Counted from the first letter of the stretch, positions 18,166 to 25,700 are shown. The stretch is DNA of 26,138 nt from an uncultured Planctomycetota bacterium (GCA_903829565.1 CAIKQM010000442.1:1-26138), one strand, 5' to 3'. Translations and numbers: made by a program. Notes: generated by a model not told the origin, from the letters alone.

Positions 18166-18365
18166 CTGTTTGACAACTAGAAACGCGAGCGCCCAGTCGG
18201 GGAAGCAGGTGTGAATCCTGCACGGTCCCGCCACTGTGAGCCGCCATCAACGCATCGTCGGGGCCTGGCTACGCTAGGCCGGTCACTGGAGCGGTTGCTC
18301 ACCTGAGCAGCATGCCTTTGGGAAGACTGCGACGCGTGCGGGCGGTGAGTCAGGATATCCGTCGT
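18148..18365 (+). promoter_or_regulatory. Cobalamin (AdoCbl-class) riboswitch aptamer
   Basis: GGGGAA (18199-18204); P4 hairpin GCAGG-tgtgaat-CCTGC; CGGTCCCGCCACTGTGA (18223-18239); GTCACTGG (18282-18289); TGGGAAGAC (18319-18327); GAGTCAGGATATCC (18347-18360); P7 GCCGCC/GGCGGT. It lies upstream of cobT and cobS. The 5' boundary is approximate. Confidence 0.93.
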
Positions 18366-18477
18366 GTGCTCCGTGACCGTGGCCGTGTGGCCTCGGTCGA
18401 ACCCCGCTGGCTTCGGACGAAAGCCCGCGCGTAAGGCCCTCGCAGTGAGGGTGTGCGCGTGGTCGTTTTGGTTCGCA

Positions 18478-18514
18478 GTCGGCTGTTTCGAACGGACATT
18501 TCGAACAGGCTGAC
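18478..18514 (+). promoter_or_regulatory. Hairpin sequestering the translation initiation region (putative riboswitch expression platform)
   Basis: GTCGGCTGTTTCGAA-cggacat-TTCGAACAGGCTGAC ends 1 nt before ATG 18516. Confidence 0.55.
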
Positions 18515-18515
18515 G

Positions 18516-19787
18516 ATGATCAAGTCTCTGTGTTTCGTGAGTGTGGTGCTAGCCGCCGCTGTGCGTGCAGACCACTACGACTTTGGTGTGGCACCGCAGG
18601 CACCGATCGCTCTCTCCACGAGCGAGGTGGTGACCGTGATTCCGAGTGGTTGGGCGTCCTTCGATGGCTCGGTGGTCGTGGTGCGCGACCAAGCCGGTGC
18701 TGCACTGGTGACGACCACGGTGTTTCCCTCGGCGGTGTTCCCCTCGTTCATCGCTTTGCAGCCCGACAATGCGACGCTGCTCTTAGGCGAGAGCAGCAAC
18801 GGCGGTTTGTGGGAGTTTGTCCTACCGGCTGGACCGGCCACGTTGTTGGCAACGGCAGCCTTCAACTACGACGCGACCTTTGATGGCGCAGGACATGCCA
18901 TCGTCTCGGCGGCCACTTGTGGGTTTGGTTGCGGCAACAGCTTGTTGCGTGTGGACCTCGCTACGGGTGCGACGACCGTGCTGGGCTCCGTTGCCGGTCC
19001 TTCGGGTCCTGTGGCAGTGAGTGCAGCCGGTGATTTGTACTACGGCACGCAGTCGCCGTTCTTTCCCGCTCCGGCTGGCGCGTTCAGCGTCCAGCGTTGG
19101 AGCGCGGCCCAAGTTGCCGCGGGCGCCTTGAGTGATGCCAGTGCCGTGGCGGTGATCACGGGGCTCGATGGTGTTGCGGATGTGAGCCTCGACGCGCGCA
19201 GTGGTGACTTGATCGTGGTCGAAAGCCTCTTCGGTGGCTTGAGCCGCGTGCGCTTGCATCGTGCCGATGGGGCCTTGAAGTCCGTGCTAGCTAGCTCGAC
19301 CGACTATCTCGGTGGCGTGGGCTTGCGCACCAGCGCAGGCACTACGGGCGCGTTGCAGCCGTTTGCGCCTGCGGGTTCTACCTACACCTATGCTGCGTCG
19401 GACTTCGTGACGGGCGTGATGCGTGTGCAAGGCATCGTGCCGGTGCAACCGCAGCTTAGCGTGTCGGGGCCGGGCGCCAGCGGTGCCGGCATCGCGACAC
19501 TCTCGGTTGCAGGCGGGATCCCCTTTGCCACCGCAGTGCTCATTTCGGCGCCGGCCAGCGCTTGGTCTTCGACCAACACCATCACCGCGCTGCCTTGGTT
19601 CCAGCTGCACAGCGGCCTGCAACTGAGTGCCATGCGGCGCTCGGGCATCGTCCAACTCGATGCGAGTGGCAACGGCAGCTTGGGGATTAGCAACCAAGGG
19701 CCCGGCCTGCCGGGCCGTGTCTGGCAAGCCTTGGTGCGCACAAACCTTGATCGTCCCGTGGGTGCCACGACGCAAGTCGCATGGTGA
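18516..19787 (+). CDS. Cobalamin-riboswitch-regulated secreted protein of unknown function (beta-propeller-like repeats plus C-terminal beta-rich domain)
   Basis: Signal peptide MIKSLCFVSVVLAAAVRA. Blade-like repeats (FIALQPDNATLLLG, DATFDGAGHAIVS, PVAVSAAGDLYYG, DVSLDARSGDLIVV). Distinct C-terminal ~115 aa domain after QPQL. Its stop overlaps the cobT start. Confidence 0.8.
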   Translation: MIKSLCFVSVVLAAAVRADHYDFGVAPQAPIALSTSEVVTVIPSGWASFDGSVVVVRDQAGAALVTTTVFPSAVFPSFIALQPDNATLLLGESSNGGLWEFVLPAGPATLLATAAFNYDATFDGAGHAIVSAATCGFGCGNSLLRVDLATGATTVLGSVAGPSGPVAVSAAGDLYYGTQSPFFPAPAGAFSVQRWSAAQVAAGALSDASAVAVITGLDGVADVSLDARSGDLIVVESLFGGLSRVRLHRADGALKSVLASSTDYLGGVGLRTSAGTTGALQPFAPAGSTYTYAASDFVTGVMRVQGIVPVQPQLSVSGPGASGAGIATLSVAGGIPFATAVLISAPASAWSSTNTITALPWFQLHSGLQLSAMRRSGIVQLDASGNGSLGISNQGPGLPGRVWQALVRTNLDRPVGATTQVAW

Positions 19788-20803
19788 ACGCAGGCGAGCT
19801 GCAAGCGGAGGCACGCCGTCGCTTGGACGCTTTGGCCAAGCCGCCCGGGAGTCTCGGGCGTTTGGAAGAGCTAGCGATCGCGTTGTGCATGGCTCAAGGG
19901 ACTGTGCGTCCCGTGACCAGTCCCCGCTTGCATCTCGTGTGGTGCGCGGATTACGCCTCGGCTGTGCACACCAGTGCTTGGCCTTCGCATGTGTCCGCTT
20001 TGGTGGCGCGCACTCTGGCGCGTGGCGGCGGCGTGTCCAGTGTCTGGGCACGCCGCTTCCAAGCCACAACACGCATTGTGGATGTGGGGCTGGCCCATGA
20101 CCCGCAATTCGCCAGTGCCCACGCAAGCATTGAGACGCACACCAGCAAGGTGGTGTCAGGTGTACGTGACATGCTGGTGCACGATGCGCTCACCAGCGAA
20201 GAGCACACGGCGTGTTGGGCGAATGGCCAAGCAGAAGCCGAACGCGCTGCTGCGCAAGGTGTGCGTGTGCTGGTGCTCGGCGAGGTAGGCATCGGCAATA
20301 CGGCCAGCGCCGCGGCCATTGCTGCGCTGGTGCTGCAGCTGCCGCCTGAGGATTTGGTGGGGCGCGGTGCCGGAGCCGACGACGGGCAACTTGCGCGCAA
20401 GCGCACCGCGGTGGCCGGCATGGTGGACCGTGCACGCCTTTGTCACAAACACTTGACGGGGCAACTGCGCGCCGTGGCCGGCGCCGAGTTGGTGGCCATG
20501 GCCGGCTGCATGCAGCGTGCGGCCGAGCTTGGACTTGTAGTGATTCTGGATGGAGCTCTGGCCGCAGCTGCAGCGTTGCTGGTCACTGTGCATGCGCCCG
20601 CGGCTCGCCGCACTTGGCTAGCCTCGCATCGCGGCTCCGAACCGCTCCATCAGCACGCCCTGCAACACCTGCAACTGCGCCCATGGCTCGAGTGGGACCT
20701 GCGCTTGGGCGAAGGCAGCGGTGCCTTGCTGCTCTTGCCGATGCTAGATGCTGCTGCGGACTTGATGACTGAGGTGTCCACTCTGGATGATGCCTTGCAA
20801 TGA
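19781..20803 (+). CDS. cobT: Nicotinate-nucleotide--dimethylbenzimidazole phosphoribosyltransferase
   Basis: LAKPPGSLGRLEELA, GEVGIGNTASAAA, GRGAG, SHRGSEP, LRLGEGSGA. Confidence 0.93.
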   Translation: MVNAGELQAEARRRLDALAKPPGSLGRLEELAIALCMAQGTVRPVTSPRLHLVWCADYASAVHTSAWPSHVSALVARTLARGGGVSSVWARRFQATTRIVDVGLAHDPQFASAHASIETHTSKVVSGVRDMLVHDALTSEEHTACWANGQAEAERAAAQGVRVLVLGEVGIGNTASAAAIAALVLQLPPEDLVGRGAGADDGQLARKRTAVAGMVDRARLCHKHLTGQLRAVAGAELVAMAGCMQRAAELGLVVILDGALAAAAALLVTVHAPAARRTWLASHRGSEPLHQHALQHLQLRPWLEWDLRLGEGSGALLLLPMLDAAADLMTEVSTLDDALQ

Positions 20804-21564
20804 ACTGGATGCTCACCGAGCTGCGTGCGTTAGGCGTGGCGATTGCCTTTCTCACACGGCTGCCTGTACCGAACTCCATCCACCAGCTCGCGCCTGGTGA
20901 CTTGCAGCGCGCCACCAGCTGGTTCCCTCTGGTCGGCGCACTGGTAGGCCTGATCACGGCGGCGCTGGCGGTCTTTCTCGATACGCATCTGCCCTTTGGA
21001 GTGGCGCTTTTGATTGCGTTGTTGGTCGAGGCGCGCCTCACCGGAGCGTTCCATGAGGATGCCGTCGCCGACGCGTTCGATGCCTTCGGAGGCGGTTTTT
21101 CGCGCGAGCGTGTGCTGGAGATCCTCAAAGACTCGCGCATTGGCTCGTACGGAGCCTTGGCGCTCTTTGGCGCATTCTTGCTGCGCTTCGAAGCCACCAA
21201 GGAACTGCCGTCAGGAGTTTTTTACGCCGCCGTCGTCGCTGCAGCCTCCATGGGACGCCTCTCCGGCATGCTGTTGTTAGCAGCTTTGCCCACCATTCCC
21301 GAGCGCGCGAGCTTAGGGCGCGACCTGGAGTCATTGCCTAGGTCACGCGTGGTTGGTGCGTTGGTGGCCACGCTGCCTGCGTTTTTGTGGTTGGCGTGGC
21401 TTGATCGTGGGGCTGCCATGCTTGCCGTGTTGTTGTGCGCGATGGCTGTGCTGGTAGGCGCGCGCTATGTAGGACGCAGGATTGGCGGCTCTACGGGTGA
21501 TGCGCTAGGCACGCTGACCTACGCGGTGCAGTTGACGACGCTGATCGCTGTGCTGTGGCGCTGA
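20800..21564 (+). CDS. cobS: Adenosylcobinamide-GDP ribazoletransferase (cobalamin synthase)
   Basis: AIAFLTRLP, FPLVGALVG, TGAFHEDAVADAFD, ILKDSRIGSYG, IGGSTGDALG. ATGA overlap with cobT. Confidence 0.95.
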   Translation: MNWMLTELRALGVAIAFLTRLPVPNSIHQLAPGDLQRATSWFPLVGALVGLITAALAVFLDTHLPFGVALLIALLVEARLTGAFHEDAVADAFDAFGGGFSRERVLEILKDSRIGSYGALALFGAFLLRFEATKELPSGVFYAAVVAAASMGRLSGMLLLAALPTIPERASLGRDLESLPRSRVVGALVATLPAFLWLAWLDRGAAMLAVLLCAMAVLVGARYVGRRIGGSTGDALGTLTYAVQLTTLIAVLWR

Positions 21565-21572
21565 CGTGTGCT

Positions 21573-21869
21573 TCAGCGCACCACCACGTTGCGCAACCAC
21601 GGCAAAGCCGCACGCAAACGCGGTTCAATCAGCTCACGCTTGGTTGATTCGAGCGCGTGACATGTGGCACACGCCCCCACCATCTGCAACTGCACAGTGT
21701 CTTCGACCACGGAGACCAAGCGCACATCGCCGTGGTCTGCGCGCAACGCTTCGCGCAGGCCGTCTAGCGCATGCTGCACTTGGGCAATGCGCTCAGCGTC
21801 CCCTTGCGGTTCTTGGGCTGCGGGATCAGTAAGTCCCCAGCCGCTCGTCAAGCGCTGCAGCCAACTCAT
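21573..21869 (-). CDS. Nfu/NifU C-terminal-domain Fe-S carrier-like protein
   Basis: LRADHGDVRLV…LQMVGACATC…IEPRL matches the Nfu domain with its CxxC. Start ATG 21869 overlaps the upstream TGA. Confidence 0.85.
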   Translation of the reverse strand: MSWLQRLTSGWGLTDPAAQEPQGDAERIAQVQHALDGLREALRADHGDVRLVSVVEDTVQLQMVGACATCHALESTKRELIEPRLRAALPWLRNVVVR

Positions 21870-22312
21870 GCGTGCACACCATCTGCGGCGCGCGTCAGCT
21901 CGCTCAGACCATTCGGACCGAGGTGCAAGCGCCACTGCGTGCCTTCCGCAGCGGCACGCACCTCCGTCAAGGCCGCTTGCACTGCAGACAAGGCCTCGGC
22001 GTCGCTCACCTCACCCGTGCGCGTGCAACGCAACTCGCGTCGCTCGCGTTGCAGCCGCTTGCGTACCAAGGCGCAGAGGGCATCGCAGATCGGCAGATCG
22101 GCGCGCGACTCACCGCCGGCCAACACAGCGAGTGCTTGCGCGTGCAGGGCCAGTTGCTGCGCACACTCGTGCAGATCGGCCTCGCGTCCTTCGACCGCAG
22201 CCGGACCCAGGTGGGTCGCCAGCGCATCCACGGCCGACAGGAACTGCGCCGAGTTATTCACCTCGTGCAACAGCATGCCAGCAAGCTCGGCGAGCAGCGG
22301 ATGGGCCTTCAT
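21866..22312 (-). CDS. Small stand-alone HisKA(DHp)-like protein without sensor or recognisable ATP-binding boxes
   Basis: LAGMLLHEVNNSAQFL resembles the H-box (HE.NNPL). 148 aa from ATG 22312. The longer ORF-track version runs into the tRNA. Confidence 0.6.
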   Translation of the reverse strand: MKAHPLLAELAGMLLHEVNNSAQFLSAVDALATHLGPAAVEGREADLHECAQQLALHAQALAVLAGGESRADLPICDALCALVRKRLQRERRELRCTRTGEVSDAEALSAVQAALTEVRAAAEGTQWRLHLGPNGLSELTRAADGVHA

Positions 22313-22333
22313 ACGAGCGCTAATGTAGAGGAT

Positions 22334-22420
22334 TGGTGCCGAGGGGGGGACTTGAACCCCCACTCCTGTTAAGGGAAGTGGATTTTGAATCCACCGCGTC
22401 TGCCATTTCGCCACCCCGGC
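22334..22420 (-). tRNA. tRNA-Leu(CAA), 87 nt, CCA encoded
   Basis: Minus strand: GCCGGGG TGGCGAAATGGCAGACGCG GTGGA-TTCAAAA-TCCAC TTCCCTTAACAGGAGT GGGGG-TTCAAGT-CCCCC CCTCGGC A CCA. Anticodon CAA, long variable arm, discriminator A. Confidence 0.98.
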
Positions 22421-22446
22421 AACCGCCCACTGTTTGGGCGGGCAGA

Positions 22447-22475
22447 AGGATAGCGAGTCGCAAGCCTCTCGTCCA
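22447..22475 (-). promoter_or_regulatory. Candidate sigma70 promoter for tRNA-Leu
   Basis: Minus strand TGGACG-17 nt-TATCCT, with the predicted start about 20 nt upstream of the mature tRNA 5' end. Confidence 0.45.
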
Positions 22476-22498
22476 CGCCCCAGAGCGCGCGTCCACGC

Positions 22499-23179
22499 CT
22501 AGAGGGCGTGGCGCAACCCTACCGCGACCCCTACTGCCGTTTGGCAGTAGCGCACCGCCGCCACGAGTCCCGGCCCGAAGGCCTCCGGCGAGCTCATGTC
22601 GTGGCGCAAGCGCAGCGTTTCGCCTGGGGCGCCGAACAGCACCTCTTGGTGCGCGTAGTGGCCGGGTAGGCGCACGGAATGGATCGGGATAGGGCTCGCG
22701 TCCCCGCGTTTGGCCGCCAAACGCCGAGCCGTATCCGCCGCCGTGCCGGAGGGCGCGTCCTTTTTGCGCTCGTGGTGCAGCTCGATGATTTCGCACTGCC
22801 CCATGTGCTGCACGATGTCCTCCGCCGCGCGTTGCAACAGGACCATGCCCAGCGAGAAGTTCGGCACGATCAAACCGCCGAGTTTCTGCTCCCGCGCATA
22901 GGTATCCAACTCCGAGGCCTGTGCGGGGCTTACCCCCGAAGTACCGATCAGGGGCCGCACCCCGCATTCGAGAGCGACACGCGCATGCAACGCGCCCAGC
23001 CCGGCCTCTGTGACGTCCAACATCACCGCGGGCTTGCTGGCAAGCAGAGCCGCGCGCAGGTCGTCCCCGCGCTGCACTTGCAGCACCACGCTCAGGCCTT
23101 CGGTGCGACCGTAGTGCGTGACGGCATACGCGCCGAGCCGCCCGCGTGCCCCGACCACGGCGATGGTCAGGGCCTTCAT
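22499..23179 (-). CDS. dapB: 4-hydroxy-tetrahydrodipicolinate reductase
   Basis: VVGARGRLG, LIGTSG, PNFSLG, IIELHHERKKDAPSGTA, HSVRLPGHYAHQEVLFG, LRHD. Confidence 0.96.
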   Translation of the reverse strand: MKALTIAVVGARGRLGAYAVTHYGRTEGLSVVLQVQRGDDLRAALLASKPAVMLDVTEAGLGALHARVALECGVRPLIGTSGVSPAQASELDTYAREQKLGGLIVPNFSLGMVLLQRAAEDIVQHMGQCEIIELHHERKKDAPSGTAADTARRLAAKRGDASPIPIHSVRLPGHYAHQEVLFGAPGETLRLRHDMSSPEAFGPGLVAAVRYCQTAVGVAVGLRHAL

Positions 23180-24294
23180 GCGTGTTCAGTCCACGACAAG
23201 GCCAAGAGCAACAAGCACAGGTCGCGGAACGAAAGCCCCGCGTGAGCTGCTTCTTGAGGCAGAAGCGAACGCTCGGTCATGCCCGGCAGAGTGTTGATCT
23301 CCAACGCCACCGGTGTGCCCCATTGTCTTTCGCCGCTCTCCTGCGGGGTTCGCGGCACCATGAAGTCGATGCGCGCGTACGAACCACAGGCCGCAGCGCG
23401 GAAGGCGCGTTCGGCATAGCGGCGAATCTCTGCACAAACCGCAGGGGGCACAGTGAGCGGCGGGCAGTGTTCGCTCGCGCCTTGTGCGCTGTACTTCTCT
23501 TCGTAGTCAAAGAAGCGGCCGTCCTTCGGCACGATTTCGATCGGCATGAGCGCCAAGACTGCGCCGGACGGATCCCCCATCACTCCGCAGGAGGTTTCCA
23601 CGCCGACCACGCGCGCTTCCACCAAGGCACGGTCGCCCGTGGCGAGCACGCGCTCAATGGCCTCGGCCAGCCCGTCGACACTGTCCTCCAAGGATGTGGC
23701 TACCGAGGAGCCACCGCTATTCGGTTTGACACACCAACCTGTGGAGGAGAGTTCTACGCACGCTCCTAGCAAGGCTTGACGCTCGTGGTTCCAAGCGTAG
23801 CGATCGATCTCCACTCCGCGGGCCACCACCACGCCTGCGCGGCGCAACACATCCTTGGTGGCGCTCTTGTTCATGCACAGCGCCGAGGCGTACACACCTG
23901 CACCGGTGTGACGCAGACCGCAGGCGCGCAACAGACCTTGGATCGTCCCGTCTTCACCCTGACCGCCATGCAGCGCCAGGAAGTAGACCGCGTCGGGGCC
24001 CAAGCGCTCGATCATCGCGTGCGCGTCGAGCGCTTCCGCTTCTGCACCTGCGAGTGTCCACTTGCCGTCGGCGCGAATCTCGACCGCACGCACGCGCTTG
24101 GGGCCGCGCAGCTCTCCGTCCGTGCGCAAAGCGCCTGCAACGGCCGCACCGGAGCGCACGGACACATCGCGCTCGCTGCTGGAGCCGCCACTCAACACCA
24201 CCACTGTGGTGTCGGGGATGGAGGCCCACGCAGCCTCGGGCGCCAGTGCCAAGTAATGCTCGCGCGTCAGGGCAACTTCCTGCGTGAGAGTCAC
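23176..24294 (-). CDS. ddl: D-alanine--D-alanine ligase
   Basis: GGSSSERDVS, LHGGQGEDGTIQG, CMNKSATK, VKPNSGGSS, FDYEEKY, ARIDF, LEINTLPGMT. Confidence 0.95.
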   Translation of the reverse strand: MTLTQEVALTREHYLALAPEAAWASIPDTTVVVLSGGSSSERDVSVRSGAAVAGALRTDGELRGPKRVRAVEIRADGKWTLAGAEAEALDAHAMIERLGPDAVYFLALHGGQGEDGTIQGLLRACGLRHTGAGVYASALCMNKSATKDVLRRAGVVVARGVEIDRYAWNHERQALLGACVELSSTGWCVKPNSGGSSVATSLEDSVDGLAEAIERVLATGDRALVEARVVGVETSCGVMGDPSGAVLALMPIEIVPKDGRFFDYEEKYSAQGASEHCPPLTVPPAVCAEIRRYAERAFRAAACGSYARIDFMVPRTPQESGERQWGTPVALEINTLPGMTERSLLPQEAAHAGLSFRDLCLLLLALSWTEHA

Positions 24295-25700
24295 GGATGT
24301 GCCTCGCCGTAGTAGTGGCCGCCTTGGCTGTGTGTCATGCGGTGCTTGGGGCCGCGCGCAGCGAATTCCTGCGCCGATTCGGCGTACATGGGATCGATTT
24401 CAATCTGCACATTGCCGTGCGGATCCGCAGGCGGCAAAGCCACGCCGGCCTCGGCGGCCCAGGTGGCGTGCATGGCGCACAGGTCGCGTCGCGTTGTCGC
24501 GGGTGAATCGTCTCCATCCTTGTTCTTCACAGGTGAGAACTCGTGACGGCGTTCCACCTCGACGATGGTGCTGCGTTCGGTGAGAGCCAAGGCATCGAAC
24601 ACAAAAGTCTCGAACTTGCAGCCATCCACACTCGTGGGTTGCCCTTGGGCGTCGATGGTCGGGATCTTCTTCTTGGCGATGTGCCACGGCAATTCGAGGC
24701 GCCCGCTCACGAGTCGTTCCACGAAGGCGCGCTCAATCACATGCAGGGCGATGTTGCCTGCGGAATAGCGCAGTTCCCCGTGCTCGTTCGTCTCGAGGCG
24801 GAGTTGCTCGGGCAAGTCCGAGTACTCGATGCACGACAACTTGCCGTCGACCTTGCCGAGCACGCCGACCTTCTCCCAAGCATCGCGCTTCTTGACAACT
24901 TTGCTTGACATCTGTGCCCCATCGAGCGCATGCAGGCCGAGGAACAGCGGGTCCGCCGGCGGAGCCAAGGGGTTGTCGACTTGGAAGTAGCTGAACACTT
25001 CGACGCCGCGTTCGCCTGCAGCTCGCAACGCGCCACTGGACTGCAACGCCATGAGCGAACCACCATGGCCATTCGGGGCCAGGAACAACTCCGTCGGCGA
25101 GGCCATCAAGATGCGCCCTTGGCTATCGAGCGCCGGCAACATGGCTTGCGAGAAGAAGACGATCTCATCGGCCGGCAGACCAAAGTGATGGTGTTGCGCA
25201 AAGAATGCGCGCGTGTGGGCGTCATTGCCCTCCGAGGTCATCACATACCACGGTGTCTGCACACCGTAGCGCTTGCGCACCGCGTGCAGGCGTCGTGCAA
25301 AAATCTCGAACAGGCTGCGCCCTGTGACAGGACCGATGGGGAAGCAACCTTTGGGCCCTTCGTACCCCAAGCGCGAGGCTTGACCCCCTGCAACCAACAA
25401 GTAGCCAACCTTGCCTTGTGACAAGAGTTCTTGACCAGCTTGCGTGGCCTCGCGCGCCCTCTGTGACGTGCGCTCCTGCAGGTCGAACACCTCGGGCGGC
25501 TCGAAGGTCGGCGCGGAAGCTCCCGCGCCCAAGCTCATCAGCGCGCCGAGCTCTTGCACGAGGCGCAAGTCGAGTGCGGCCAGTCGTTGCAGGAGTGCAG
25601 CGCGTGCAGCTCCGGACAACTTGTCTACATGCGGCCAGAGATGGTCTTGTCCAGCAGCGTGTAGCTGCTGTTGCAGGGCAGAGAGATCGATCGTGCTCAT
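24291..25700 (-). CDS. Eukaryote-type (UAP1/UDPGP family) UDP-N-acetylglucosamine pyrophosphorylase
   Basis: LVAGGQASRLGYEGPKG, WYVMTS, FSQAMLP, APNGHGG, QVDNPL, IEYSDL, KFETFVFD, EFSPVKN. Start placed at ATG 25700. Confidence 0.9.
   Translation of the reverse strand: MSTIDLSALQQQLHAAGQDHLWPHVDKLSGAARAALLQRLAALDLRLVQELGALMSLGAGASAPTFEPPEVFDLQERTSQRAREATQAGQELLSQGKVGYLLVAGGQASRLGYEGPKGCFPIGPVTGRSLFEIFARRLHAVRKRYGVQTPWYVMTSEGNDAHTRAFFAQHHHFGLPADEIVFFSQAMLPALDSQGRILMASPTELFLAPNGHGGSLMALQSSGALRAAGERGVEVFSYFQVDNPLAPPADPLFLGLHALDGAQMSSKVVKKRDAWEKVGVLGKVDGKLSCIEYSDLPEQLRLETNEHGELRYSAGNIALHVIERAFVERLVSGRLELPWHIAKKKIPTIDAQGQPTSVDGCKFETFVFDALALTERSTIVEVERRHEFSPVKNKDGDDSPATTRRDLCAMHATWAAEAGVALPPADPHGNVQIEIDPMYAESAQEFAARGPKHRMTHSQGGHYYGEAHP

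Noticed and set aside
22334-22360. tRNA 3' end as an integration (attB) site for an island
   Set aside because: I found no second copy of the tRNA 3' end, no catalytic integrase and no compositional break in the window.
22320-22967. 215-aa plus-strand ORF, and the N-terminal extension of ORF 21866-22414
   Set aside because: Both run through the tRNA-Leu gene or antisense to dapB, so they are translation artefacts.
23176-24294. Ddl as a VanA/D-Ala-D-Lac-type resistance ligase
   Set aside because: The omega loop reads FDYEEKY with the Lys-Tyr pair of D-Ala-D-Ala ligases, and no van genes are nearby.
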